The notes under the pieces: generated by a model
What the model was told of the DNA's origin: nothing
Databases searched by the model: none
The model's input: the letters and a program-made list of their open reading frames with translations, nothing else
In this document: positions 12,627 to 23,349 of the stretch, in pieces
Numbering within the stretch: the first letter of the stretch is position 1
Layout of the letters: each line of letters starts with the position of its first letter
From: an uncultured Methanosarcinaceae archaeon
GTDB taxonomy: Archaea > Halobacteriota > Methanosarcinia > Methanosarcinales > Methanosarcinaceae
Length of the DNA: 64,000 bases
Reading direction: 5' to 3'
NCBI GenBank assembly: GCA_963833425.1
Contig: CAWHXP010000020.1
Location: 63,388-127,387, forward strand
Translations under genes and position numbers: made by a program

Positions 12627-12849
12627 GCGTTAGAGGACGCTCAGATCTGGGTCCGAGACCTTACGTCTAACCAAGTGATGGATGATATCTAAAAATGCTA
12701 CTGTCCAGGCTAATGGGAAGGCGAGAGAAAGGAGCTCATAGAACGGTCCAGGAAACGTCATGTCAAAATGGCAGAAGAATCTCCGGACAAAAAAAAAACC
12801 TTTCCAGCATCCATATTATTGGGAAGTGTTTACAGTTAACGGAGCATGA
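12627..12849 (+). pseudogene. CHAT-domain C-terminal remnant
   Basis: ALEDAQIWVRDLT...PFQHPYYWEVFTVNGA* with internal stops and a frameshift. Confidence 0.6.
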
Positions 12850-13366
12850 AATTAAGGTCAAGATTAATAGTGCACATGTTTTAAAGCTAGGTTTTTTGCC
12901 TTCTTGACGTATTATTCTTTTTTGATCGATGTCGTCGCATTAGTTTTATGGTTCTTGAGCTTTTTGGAGACTCTACAACATGCCATTAATGACTTTTCGG
13001 ATAGTCTCTCATTTTTATCATTTCATACTTTCAAAGCGCTATTTTTGTTTGGCTACGATTTCTATAGAAATATCGTTATCTTTATAATATTATTTTGAAT
13101 AAACAACACAAAATAATAACATTTAAGTAAATGGTTTCTAACGTTTGTTACTGAAAAAGGTGATTATCCTGGACTATTTTTCTCTGGATCTGCAAATCGC
13201 AAAAGAGCCGGAAGGTTCTCAGAACCTGTACAAAGCTTCAATTTTGGAAAATGGAGATATTAAGGCTACTCGGAATTTTGAACTCGGGCACGACCTGAAA
13301 CTTACTCAGATGCTGGATATGATAGAGAAAAAGTAGTCAGTACCAAGCCCCAGCCTGAAGAAACAA

Positions 13367-13855
13367 CTAAAGACCACCTACTAGTGCTCCGGAACCAAAA
13401 GAAGCATCAGAAAATGTACCCATGTCATGAGTACCCCCTGTTATTGTTTCATCGACCGCCAATTCAATGCCGTTCGTGAATTGTTTATTCAGCACAACAT
13501 TTGCAGAAGATGTGTTACCAGAGCCTGACAACACCAGATGTCCGTTCTGCAGATCTACTGTTGAGTCATTGCTTCCTTTTTTGTAAGCTGTCCACTTTGA
13601 CGTATTTAACCTGCCTGAGCTAAAGTTATCATATTCCCACATGACTGTATCTCCATTGGGAGAATAGCCAGATGTATTGTACACATTGAAATATTGAGCG
13701 TTGCCATTCATGTTGACTTTAAGCCACAAATTGTGCTGTGGATCTATGTAATACGGCTGTGCAGCTGATTTCTTGATTGAGGATTCTGGAAGCGCAATCG
13801 CAGACAATAAAATTATGCTGATTAATAAAAAGAGTATATTATATTTTAGTCCCAT
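13367..13855 (-). CDS. secreted/surface protein, DUF2341-like, probably truncated
   Basis: Signal peptide; LWLKVN...YSPNGDTVMWEYDNF segment. Confidence 0.5.
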   Translation of the reverse strand: MGLKYNILFLLISIILLSAIALPESSIKKSAAQPYYIDPQHNLWLKVNMNGNAQYFNVYNTSGYSPNGDTVMWEYDNFSSGRLNTSKWTAYKKGSNDSTVDLQNGHLVLSGSGNTSSANVVLNKQFTNGIELAVDETITGGTHDMGTFSDASFGSGALVGGL

Positions 13856-14183
13856 AATATTCCATTTTTTAGTACTATTTAGATGATATTAATGAATTAT
13901 AGGCTAAGTTCCAAAATCGACTGTTTTTTTAATTTCATATCTACTGCTGAATTTTGAAAGCGCGACGAATGATACTTATGAAAATTTCAATAAACTTCTG
14001 ATTTGTCACGAATTAATTATATAAATTATATCAGCGTATGACTTAATTGATGAGTTTGTCGAAATAATATCACAGTTATTTTATAAACATTTTTGTTTTT
14101 AGTATTGCTTGATTTTAATAAAAATATGTATATAAACTTATTCTTAGATAAAATGTTCTCAAGTTTTGGCTGAAATTAAAAGA

Positions 14184-14218
14184 ATGCCTAGATTTTGCAA
14201 CAAAAAAAATCTATGCAT
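14184..14218. repeat. degenerate copy of the 31-bp palindrome (poly-A expanded)
   Basis: ATGCCTAGATTT-TGCAACA-AAAA-AAATCTATGCAT. Confidence 0.5.
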
Positions 14219-14361
14219 CAGTGAAAATAAGAAAGACAGAAACTTTGTTAGCATACCTTCGTTGACATAGTCTTTTTTAAGTCCACATTTTACAAAATGA
14301 TGAAAATTTTACCTAAGGGGATTTGTTCTAACCAGTTTCATAAAAATTGCGCTTAAATGAT

Positions 14362-14451
14362 AGAGGATTTCGATAAACCTCTGATTTCAACAAATTGCTT
14401 ATATACCCTTTATAAACTATCTACTAAAAAGTGGGGTTTATCGAAATCGTC
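14362..14451. mobile_element. ~90-bp MITE (same family as 2438)
   Basis: AGAGGATTTCGATAAACC...GGTTTATCGAAATCGTC; near-identical to the 16415 copy. Confidence 0.75.
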
Positions 14452-14564
14452 AATACTATTTGCAAACGAGTATATAATATCCTGCGCCTGATAGTACTTA
14501 TTTTCTAAAAAAATAACGGCTAATAAGTCGCTTAATTGAAAAAAAGTTTTTAGAAGGATGGAAT

Positions 14565-15199
14565 TTGTCGTTAAGAGGCACTAAATCTGAAAAATTTTAT
14601 TTGCTTGTAAAAAAGGCCCTGGAAATGGAGGCAATTGATGCTAAGATAATTCCCACTTCCAAGATTTTTATAGAAAAAAGATTTGTTTTAAAATGCAGGG
14701 GCTGTATCGGCTATGGGAAAAAACTTACCTGCCCACACCATGTTCCTACTGTTGATGAATTTCGAGAGATGCTCAAGGAGTACAGATATGCGCTGCTTGT
14801 CAAGTTCAGGTCTCCTGCAGTCGCAGACGAAGAAATTGCAAAAGCTTCATACAAAACCTGGCTTGACCCTACCGAGCCTGAGGAGACGAGGAAAAAAGCA
14901 GCTAAGTTCTGGTCAGATTATTTTGACTACAGCAAAAAGATGGCTTTCTCGATGCTCGAGCTTGAAAAGACAGCTTTTAATGAAGGTTTTACCTTTGCAG
15001 TCGCATTCGTAAACGGTTCATGTAGGCTTTGTGAAAAATGCAACGTGGAAAAGGGAATCTGTATCCATTCAAATATGGCAAGGATTCCTGAGCATGAGTT
15101 GGAATTAATATGAAGAAAACTGCCGCTGAATCAGAGATGCCCATAGAATTCCCCATTAAAGGGCAACCTGAACCAATGTCCATTCTATTGATTGACTAA
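14565..15199 (+). CDS. DUF2284 family Cys-rich metal-binding protein (1-nt frameshift near 15097)
   Basis: KCRGCIGYGKKLTCP and GSCRLCEKC; reading continues in another frame as VGINMKKTA...ILLID*. Confidence 0.75.
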
Positions 15200-15536
15200 A
15201 AATATCAATTAAAATAAACCTAATTGGGTATTTACTAATTTGAATTTAGGACTTACTCACTTGAGATCTAAAATTAAGTACAATAAACACTGTGGTTTTA
15301 TATTTATATAAAAATTAGCCAAAAAGTTATCATTACCATGTGACAGTTCATCACAACAGCTGACATACCCACTAATATCTGTCTATTAATACCATGTTGT
15401 GACTGGGTGAGGAACCCTTATATTAACCAGCGCATGTGGCTATGCTAATCATGAGATTCAAAAATAAATACAATATGATCAAAAAAGTTATATTTAATTT
15501 AGGGGGTATGAGATCATTCTCATACCTGCTGCTCCA

Positions 15537-15995
15537 TCACTCGATCATTATTTTTCTTTCTGCCAATTGACTTAATTTTGGAAGGGTAACCGTCAAGACC
15601 CCGTTTTTAAGCTGAGCAGATGCTCCGTTTTCGGTTACCCCGTTCGTGAGTGGGATCTCACGATAGTATTGCATAAGAGCCCGCTCTTTCCTGATGTAAC
15701 CTTCCTTTTTAGCCTCTTCCTCTTTTCCTTGTCCAGCATTGATTATGAGAGAATTATCTCTGAGGCTCAATTCAATATTTTCTCTATCAATGCCTGGCAA
15801 ATCTGTTGTGACAATTATCTTATCAGATTCTTCTATAACGTCGACAAATGGAGACAGGACTTCGCTACCGAACCGATTATCAAACATCGGGAAAGAGCTA
15901 AACATCTGCTCCATGTATTCATGCATCCTTCTGATCTCGTCAAAAGGGTTCCATGTGCATGCATCGTAAGACGGCCTTTTTACTGGCAGTGTCAT
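15537..15995 (-). CDS. Hsp20/alpha-crystallin small heat shock protein
   Basis: VDVIEESDKIIVTTDLPG and AQLKNGVLTVTLPK; GGAGG RBS before the ATG at 15995. Confidence 0.92.
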   Translation of the reverse strand: MTLPVKRPSYDACTWNPFDEIRRMHEYMEQMFSSFPMFDNRFGSEVLSPFVDVIEESDKIIVTTDLPGIDRENIELSLRDNSLIINAGQGKEEEAKKEGYIRKERALMQYYREIPLTNGVTENGASAQLKNGVLTVTLPKLSQLAERKIMIE

Positions 15996-16096
15996 GTATA
16001 CATTCCTCCGATACTTTTTTCCAAGATAACAAGCTTGTTCGAGGCTATTATTGACGTTATTTTCAATCTTTTCGCATACTTTCAGTGAGGGCCTAT

Positions 16097-16146
16097 ATAG
16101 TAACCACGTAGTTACTATCATATAGTAAGTGTTATTAATATTTAAA
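16097..16146 (-). promoter_or_regulatory. hsp20 promoter: TATA box plus palindromic candidate operator
   Basis: TTTAAATA on the minus strand (16139-16146), followed by alternating TAGTAA/TTACTA boxes at 16097-16128. Confidence 0.45.
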
Positions 16147-16155
16147 TGTTTTGTT

Positions 16156-16257
16156 TATAACCGGCTTTGCATCTAATGTCTGATAATTGCACCTAATGCC
16201 TAACATTCGCATCTAAAGTCGGGCTAAATTGGGACTTTAGGTGGAAAGCCGGTTATA
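16156..16257. mobile_element. ~102-bp MITE-like element
   Basis: Perfect 13-bp terminal IR TATAACCGGCTTT extended by an imperfect match; internal GCAyCTAAwGyC repeats at 20-bp spacing. Confidence 0.6.
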
Positions 16258-16414
16258 GCAGTAATTTCGATTTTCTATAGTTCCTAATGACTATTCTTAT
16301 ACAGTTTTTCTGGGCTAATTTGCAAAAGAGACTTGAATTTACCCAGAATAATGATATCTCTACAATAGTCCTAATATTTCAGTAATTTAAAGTTCTAAAG
16401 TGAAAATTATGTAT

Positions 16415-16504
16415 AGAGGATTTCGATAAGCCTCTGATTTCAACAAATTGCTGATATATCCTTTATAAACTATTTATTAAAAAGTGGGGTTTATCGAAAT
16501 CGTC
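16415..16504. mobile_element. ~90-bp MITE (same family as 2438)
   Basis: Near-identical to the 14362 copy. Confidence 0.75.
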
Positions 16505-17145
16505 ATAGTCTTCACTAACTCATTTCGTAATTCATAATTATATAGTTGGAATTAGATACCTTTTAATCGAGAGCATAGTGCTTAACTTCTTTCTCGATTA
16601 ACTTTATTTAAGTAATCCAGGAATGATTTGACTGAACTATTGCACAATGATTCGATTCCGCAGATTAATGTTTTGCTGATATTCGAATTGACAATTGATT
16701 TCATCTGATATGCTGCGAATCGAGCCATAGACGACTTTTATTCAGAGAACAGTTATGCTACCCTCATTGACGATGTCGCAGATAACACAGTACGCTCAAA
16801 ACCTTGTTCACAGTTAAAATGTATTTGCTGCATTTTGAACTGTTCGCCATCTCAAAAAAAACTTTGCATGAAGGATACTAAACAAGTACAATAAGTCTCA
16901 TGTTTCATCGCCTACAAGCAATTATGCCGCCTTAACGGCATGGCCTAAGCGCGTGCCATTTACTTCAAGTAATTTCAAGACTTTTTTCACAGCGATCGTT
17001 TTACTGGCTTCTTCTTCATCCTTGAAATTCAGTAGGTTCAGCATAACAATTATAACCTCATATGGATTCGAAGCCTTGGCATTCACTGCTTCATCATTTG
17101 TACAATAAAACTTATATAAAATTCTTTTAGTCAATAATGCCTAAG

Positions 17146-17513
17146 TGTATCCCCATTTGAGTCAACTGCTCGGTAAAGATATTTCCATTTACCTTTTACT
17201 TTGATATAGGTTTCATCAACTCTCCACGAATCATTTGTTGGTCTTAAATGTCTCATTATCTTCTTTTCTATTTCAGGGGAATATTGATGTACCCATCTCA
17301 TGATTGTTGTATGGTAAACTTTTATTCCCCTTTCTGCCATCATTTCCTTTAAATTTCTATAACTTAATGCATATTTTAAGTACCATCTTACATTTAATAG
17401 GATAATTTCCCCTTCATAATGCTTCCATTTAAAGGAATTAGATAGCATGTTACTACCTTTGGTTTTCTTTTTATTCTATTGTATCAGTAGAAAGGATTTT
17501 TTGCAACGGAACC
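17146..17513 (-). mobile_element. IS6-family element, 3'-truncated
   Basis: FKWKHYEGEIILLNVRWY...SWRVDETYIKVKGKWKYLYRAVD; left IR GGTTCCGTTGCAAAAAA. Confidence 0.9.
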
Positions 17514-17961
17514 GCTTAAAGTATAAACTCAGTTAGTTATAACACTGGTTTTCTGAAAAATTTTAGTCCCGAAACAAGCCATTGGGGATTCGATTTAAAT
17601 AAATTGTAATTTCTGCAAAAATGAATTAATTAAGCAATGTTAAGTTATGTGAATCTAGTAATCGCCCATTTAGAAAGTACTATAAAATCAAGGTATATAG
17701 GAGTGTTGCTTGGCTAAATAAATTACCCCCAATACGCTGGAGATCATTTGCAGATACTTCAGCTCGATATTTTTCATTTTACAGGTAAAATAGAGAGAGC
17801 ATCATTTGCTCTTGATTCAACGAAAATTAGACTATTGTACTTTAGGATTTCACTTGATTTTGTCCTAATGGTATATTCTTGATAGAGAACTAAATTTTCA
17901 TTATAAAGGAAATGGAATTATAAAGCCCTTCACTAAGTGACAAAGTGACAATAGTTTTTTG

Positions 17962-18111
17962 GGTTCCGTTGCAAAAAATCTGGCTCTCTTGCAAAATCAG
18001 TATAAACCTTTACAATTAGGAAATTTAATTAATCTAGTCACCGAGAAACTGACATACAAAGGCAAGAATTATAGTCCCAAACTAAGGAAATATTATTTTT
18101 GCAACGGAACC
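17962..18111. mobile_element. 150-bp MITE with IS6-type terminal inverted repeats
   Basis: GGTTCCGTTGCAAAAA ... TTTTTGCAACGGAACC, identical to the neighbouring IS6 IR. Confidence 0.85.
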
Positions 18112-18294
18112 CTATCCCTTGATTTAGGTTTAACTTGTTCTAATCTAGAATTTATTTGCATTGAGTGCAGTTGTTTCACTAAATTACTTTTATAAATTTT
18201 TATGTACTTGGTTTTTTTAAACGACAATCATTATTTAGGTTTAGAACAACTAAATTTGATTTAAATAAGTTAACCTTTACTTGAGATAATATTA

Positions 18295-18409
18295 AGACTT
18301 ACACAGTTTAACTGAAAAATCAATTGCATCAAACCATATGTTGTTTAGAATTCAAGTTTTAACCACTTAGTCTATTACACTTGGTTTAGTACTTCAAGTG
18401 TGTGAGCCC
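18295..18409. mobile_element. ~115-bp MITE (GGACTTACGCA-type ends)
   Basis: AGACTTACACA...TGTGTGAGCCC; related half-copies near 5569, 7081, 15249 and 56600. Confidence 0.5.
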
Positions 18410-18448
18410 AAAGCATATTTACTTGACTTAATATTTCATGGTGATCCT

Positions 18449-19156
18449 ATGCATATAATGGAAGGCTTTTTACCGATTTTTTGGTGTCTATTATGGTTTA
18501 TAGCATCAATACCAGTGATCGCATATGGTATTTACAAACTGAACAAGTTAGTGAAAGAAAAAAGCGATATATTACCTATCCTTGCTGTCGCAGGTGCATT
18601 TATCTTCGTACTTTCCTCACTAAAAATGCCTTCGGTTACAGGAAGCTGTTCTCACCCTACAGGAACAGGTGTGAGTGCAATAATGTTTGGCCCTGCGATT
18701 ACTGCAGTTCTTGGGACTATTGTGCTGATATTCCAAGCTCTCTTCCTAGCTCATGGCGGGATTACAACCCTTGGAGCGAATGTATTCTCTATGGGTATCG
18801 TTGGTCCGTTGGTGTCATACATAATTTATAAAGCTGGAATGAAAGCCAAAATTAACTTTTATTTTATTGTCTTTCTGGCTGCAGCTTTCGGAGACTGGGC
18901 TACTTATATTATAACTTCTATGGAACTTGCATTTGCATTTCCTGCAGAAGGACTATTAAATTCTGTGGGTTTCTTCAGCTCATTCAGCAAATTTTTAGAA
19001 GTCTTCGCAATTACTCAGGTGCCCCTAGCAATCATCGAAGGTGCTGTTAGTGCCCTACTCTTCAAGTATGTGATTGAAGTTAAGAGTGATATCCTTATTG
19101 AAATGAAAGTATTGAAAGAATCTTTAATTCGTAAACTTAGGGGGCTTTCTTCATGA
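18449..19156 (+). CDS. cbiM: cobalt ECF transporter S component CbiM
   Basis: [10 protein letters not shown]-terminus, [29 protein letters not shown]. Confidence 0.95.
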   Translation: MHIMEGFLPIFWCLLWFIASIPVIAYGIYKLNKLVKEKSDILPILAVAGAFIFVLSSLKMPSVTGSCSHPTGTGVSAIMFGPAITAVLGTIVLIFQALFLAHGGITTLGANVFSMGIVGPLVSYIIYKAGMKAKINFYFIVFLAAAFGDWATYIITSMELAFAFPAEGLLNSVGFFSSFSKFLEVFAITQVPLAIIEGAVSALLFKYVIEVKSDILIEMKVLKESLIRKLRGLSS

Positions 19157-19500
19157 GCAGGAAACTTGAATTTATCGTGATGGCTATAATTTTGATTTTT
19201 GCAGCTCAGTTTTTTTATATGTCTTCTACCACACATGCCGACTATGGTGGAGCTAATGACAAACCCGCAGGTGTTATTGATCAAATTACAGGTGGGGCTT
19301 ACAAGCCCATTGCAAAACCTATATGGGTACCTCCAAGTGATGAAATTGAAAGTCTGCTTTTTGGCCTTCAGGCAGCTACAGGTGCAATAATTATTGGTTA
19401 CTTTCTTGGGTATTACAGAGCAAAAAATAGTTTTGAAAGCGATTTCGGTACTCAGATGGATAATAAGCTGCAAATGGACGAAAAAATTCAAAAAAGTTAA
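19153..19500 (+). CDS. cbiN: cobalt transporter accessory protein CbiN
   Basis: YGGAND...[23 protein letters not shown]; overlaps the cbiM stop codon. Confidence 0.92.
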   Translation: MSRKLEFIVMAIILIFAAQFFYMSSTTHADYGGANDKPAGVIDQITGGAYKPIAKPIWVPPSDEIESLLFGLQAATGAIIIGYFLGYYRAKNSFESDFGTQMDNKLQMDEKIQKS

Positions 19501-19608
19501 TAGGTTTTGTAAAATGTGATTAGCTCTTTATCCTTTTCTTTCACTGCAAAAAAGCAAGCTGTTGAGTCAACTATTATGTTAATAAAGGTATGTTTCTATT
19601 GTTTATTG

Positions 19609-19639
19609 ATGAATAGTTTTTGCGCTAAAATCTTTGAAT
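19609..19639 (+). repeat. 31-bp palindromic site copy
   Basis: ATGAATAGTTTT-TGCGCTA-AAATCTTTGAAT. Confidence 0.65.
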
Positions 19640-19662
19640 TTCCTAAGCTCCATCCGAACGAA

Positions 19663-20224
19663 AAACTTGATTTGCCGAAAGTTAACGTTTTTAGGTAATA
19701 TTTTATCATCTTTGAGTTCATTTATAGCAGCTGGATAAACTGGATTTTTATCAACAGTTATTACCTTTGGAATTTGATTCTGATTAGAATCCAAAGCTTT
19801 CTTAAAAAACGTTTCGCAGCTTTTCTATCACGCTTTGCACTTAGCATAAAATCAATTGTGTTTCCATTTGAGTCAACTGCTCGGTAAAAATATTTCCATT
19901 TACCTTTTACTTTGACATAGGTTTCATCAACTCTTCACGAATCATTTGTTGGTCTTAAATGTCTTCTTATCTTCTTTTCTATTTTAGGGGAATATCGATG
20001 TACCCATCTCATTATAGTACTGTGATCAACTTGATTTCCTCGTTCTATCATCATTTCCTTTAAATTTCTATAGCTCAATGAATATTTTAAGTACCATCTT
20101 ACATTTAATAGGATAATTTCTCCTTCATAATGCTTCCATTTAAAGGAATTAGATAGCATGTTACTATCTTTGGTTTTCTTTTTATTCTATTGTATCAGTA
20201 GAAAGGATTTTTTGCAACGGAATC
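19663..20224 (-). mobile_element. IS6-family element, pseudogenised and 3'-truncated
   Basis: Close homolog of the 17146 copy. TGG>TGA stop in NDSW, a frameshift, then ITVDKNPVYPAAI; IR at 20205-20224. Confidence 0.9.
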
Positions 20225-20305
20225 GTCCAGATGTTACAAGGGCGTATGTTGCAAACACCAGTGGCAGATGTGAAATTTAATTCTTTTATCTATGTTTTTT
20301 ACTGC

Positions 20306-22287
20306 TTACATGAATAGACTTAGTAACCTGAATGCAATACCGCCTATCATGATTGCTGTGCCTATTTCTGCTATTGTTACAGCAGTTGCTTTTCTCCATC
20401 CAAATTCTGATGCCATAGCTAGTATATTGGCTAGGCATGGAATGTATATCATGCTGACCAACGCCAATACTATTAATTGCACCGGAGTCATTATCGAGCC
20501 AAAGTTCGTAGTATGGAAAATTACAGCCAGTGTTAATAGAGTCATTTCTTTCCTTACGATTCCGAATATCAACAATATACCAGATACTGCTGGCAATCCA
20601 AGCCACCAGACAGTTATCGGCATTAGTGCATTATTAATCGGAGTTAGTACTCCAAATGCATATAATGCTTGCACTGCAGCACTGCCGATTATGTAAGCTG
20701 GGAATACGATCATAATCAATGATTTGGTGCGTGCCCACGTCTGTTTGAGTATAACGCTGAGAGAGGGTACGTGATAATCTGCCATCTCTATGATAAGACC
20801 AACAGACTCTCCAGGCATTACTTTGAATGCTATGCGACCTACCACGATAATTAGCAGTATATCAAATACATATAGTGCCAGACCCCACCAAATACTTACA
20901 AATGTGGCTACCAATCCTAAAATAACGATAGTCCTCGCCGTGCAGGGTATTAGTGTAACCAGGTAGGCTAAGAGTGTTTTTTGCTTCGGGGTTTCCATTA
21001 TCCGACAAGAGTAAACCGCTGGCACATTGCACCCATACCCGAGAATAAGGGGAATTACTGCCTTACCATGCAATCCAAGCTTATGCATACCGCGATCGAG
21101 CATGAATGATATTCTAGTCAAGTATCCAGAATCCTCAATAAATGCAAGTATTAAGTAAAATGGTAGTCACATACGGGATTATGAGAGTTACTCCGGCTAC
21201 AAATCCGGTGAAAGCTCCATTCCATATGATATTTTCTATGGGACCTGTAATGACTGGTTCATACTGCTCTATCGCAGTTAAAAAGTCTTGTATAAAGTCC
21301 GAAACACGGGCGCCTATGAGGAACGTCCAGATCAACAGCCCCCCAATGACCATGATAGCAGTCACATATCCCAATACTGGGTGCAGAGCGATATTATCCA
21401 AGGTTTCTGTCAACGTTCTTTTTTTCACTCCTGACATGACGTCCCTGAAGACCTCGTGAGCAATCAGATCAGCTACATGATAGCGTTCACCTGTGATCAC
21501 TATTCCAGATGGCTCACCATGTATCTTCTCGATCTCGTCAGCCAGTGAATCAGCTAACATGGGAACATTCGGGTCAGCCTTTTCGAAGAGGCTGCGAATC
21601 TCAGCATCTTTCTCGATGAGTTTGATAGCCATCCACCGTGAAGGATATCCAGTTTTTACATTGCCCATGGCTGCTATAAGCTTCTCTAAGCGCTGCTCTA
21701 TTTCTTGACCATATTTTATTTTGTTTGGAAGTTTTTTATTTTCGATTGCATCGATGATTATTTCTGTCAGTTTATCGATACCAATTCCCTTGATTGCTAC
21801 AGTGGTGACTACAGACACTCCCAGGAATTTCCTCAAGTTTTTTAACATCAATGGATAATCCTTTTTTTTCCATGAGGTCCACCTGGTTGAGTGCCATGAC
21901 CATCGGTACGCCTAATTCAATCAGTTGTAGTGTGAAAAACAAATTTCGTTCCAGTGCCGATGCGTCTATGACATTTACGACTATATCCGGCTTTTCAAGA
22001 GCGATGAAATCTCGAGATACGATCTCTTCCATTGAATATGTGGAGAACGAGTATATTCCTGGCAGGTCGATTATCTTGATCCTCATACCTTTATAATGCA
22101 ATAATCCCTCGGCACGCTCTACAGTCTTCCCCGGCCAGTTGCCTATTATCTGATCCACGCCAGTTAATTGGTTAAATATGGCACTCTTACCCACGTTAGA
22201 GTTCCCTGCAAGAGCAACCACCCTTTTGAAATCTTTCATTTTTTTAGATGCGGAATCACACTGCCCACAACTTTTACATCCTGCCAT
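20306..22287 (-). CDS. feoB: ferrous iron transporter FeoB (split by two frameshifts near 21825 and 21168)
   Basis: GNSNVGKS, DLPGIYS, NQVD GTPase motifs; EDSGY and GYGCNVPA gate motifs. Confidence 0.9.
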
Positions 22288-22300
22288 TAAATACTCCGTT

Positions 22301-23005
22301 TTATCTTGACATGTTTACAAAAATATTATCTGCTATTTCCCTTGCTATCGCTAGATTAGTCCTTCTGACGCAGATTTCTATGGGGCCATTCATTGGTGCT
22401 TTTCGCAGTAGTTTGACTTCTGTATGCAACGTTAATCCAAGGTCAGATAACCGCTGTACAATTTTCTTATCTCCCCTAAGGAATTTGATGCGGCCCTTTT
22501 CACACGGTTCAAGGTCAGTGATCGGAACAATGCTCCCATCATTTGCTCTACGTTTCCGTGAACTGGTAACTCCGTTACATTCATCACATGTGCCTACAAA
22601 CATAGTACAGGAACTGATATGACTTCCATGTGGGCACCTCGCAGGAGCATTAAGAATCTTACATAAAGCGTTTTCCGTCTCGTCAGAAATATCATGCTCC
22701 ATCTTACATGCTTCAGCATGTGCCTTTTTTTCATCGATGTGAAGAGTATCTGTAAGAAATACTTCTAGAAGCCTATGTTTCCGTTTAATTTTAATAGCTA
22801 TTATCAACCCTTCCTTTGTAAGAGTAGCGCCTTTATAAGGCGCATAAACTACAAGGCCTTTTTTCGCCATATGCTGAATTGCTTCTGTAACACTTGCTGG
22901 CGATATTTTAAGGCATTTCGCTATCTCAGTAGTCCGTGCAGCGCCGTGTTTGCCTGCTATATCATAGATCGTTTTCAGATATTCTTCCACTTGTGCTGAT
23001 GGCAT
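22301..23005 (-). CDS. DtxR/MntR family metal-dependent regulator with C-terminal FeoA domain
   Basis: EEYLKTIY, RKHRLLEVFL, EACKMEH, CPHG; FeoA-like RLSDLGL...APMNGPI. Confidence 0.92.
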   Translation of the reverse strand: MPSAQVEEYLKTIYDIAGKHGAARTTEIAKCLKISPASVTEAIQHMAKKGLVVYAPYKGATLTKEGLIIAIKIKRKHRLLEVFLTDTLHIDEKKAHAEACKMEHDISDETENALCKILNAPARCPHGSHISSCTMFVGTCDECNGVTSSRKRRANDGSIVPITDLEPCEKGRIKFLRGDKKIVQRLSDLGLTLHTEVKLLRKAPMNGPIEICVRRTNLAIAREIADNIFVNMSR

Positions 23006-23046
23006 CGAATCACTACCACGGTTAAAAACAATCTACGTATATATAG

Positions 23047-23080
23047 ATTTTGGGTAACCTAAAATACGTAGCTTATATAA
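23047..23080 (-). promoter_or_regulatory. TATA box and DtxR-type operator for the dtxR-feoB operon
   Basis: TTATATAA at 23073-23080; 19-bp imperfect palindrome ATTTTAGGTTACCCAAAAT at 23047-23065. Confidence 0.65.
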
Positions 23081-23295
23081 CGCGGGACAAAGAAAATACA
23101 CTTTTCCGAGGCAATGAACCACATTGTCAAAGCCCAAAAAAATAAACATAGCTAGATACCAGAAGAAAATCAGCAAAACCTTCGTCAAGAATGGAAAAAT
23201 AGAACACAATTTAATAAACATAGGGGATTTTCGATAAACCTCTGATTCTCACGAGTAATTGAATATACTATTTTTAACTCTAAGGCAGATAGTCT

Positions 23296-23338
23296 CCTTC
23301 CTCGAATGGTATCGACCCATCGAGGAAGGGCAGTTCAC
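23296..23338 (+). mobile_element. IS200/IS605-type end hairpin remnant
   Basis: CCTTCCTCGA...TCGAGGAAGG stem followed by CAGTTCAC; reverse-oriented homolog at 60151-60195. Confidence 0.5.
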
Positions 23339-23349
23339 GCATATAAAAC

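Noticed and set aside
13145..13336. Short ORF that may be the N-terminal fragment of a larger protein
   Set aside because: No recognisable motif to support a call.
18112..18448. Cobalamin riboswitch upstream of cbiM
   Set aside because: No B12-box-like motifs; the region is AT-rich and occupied by MITEs.
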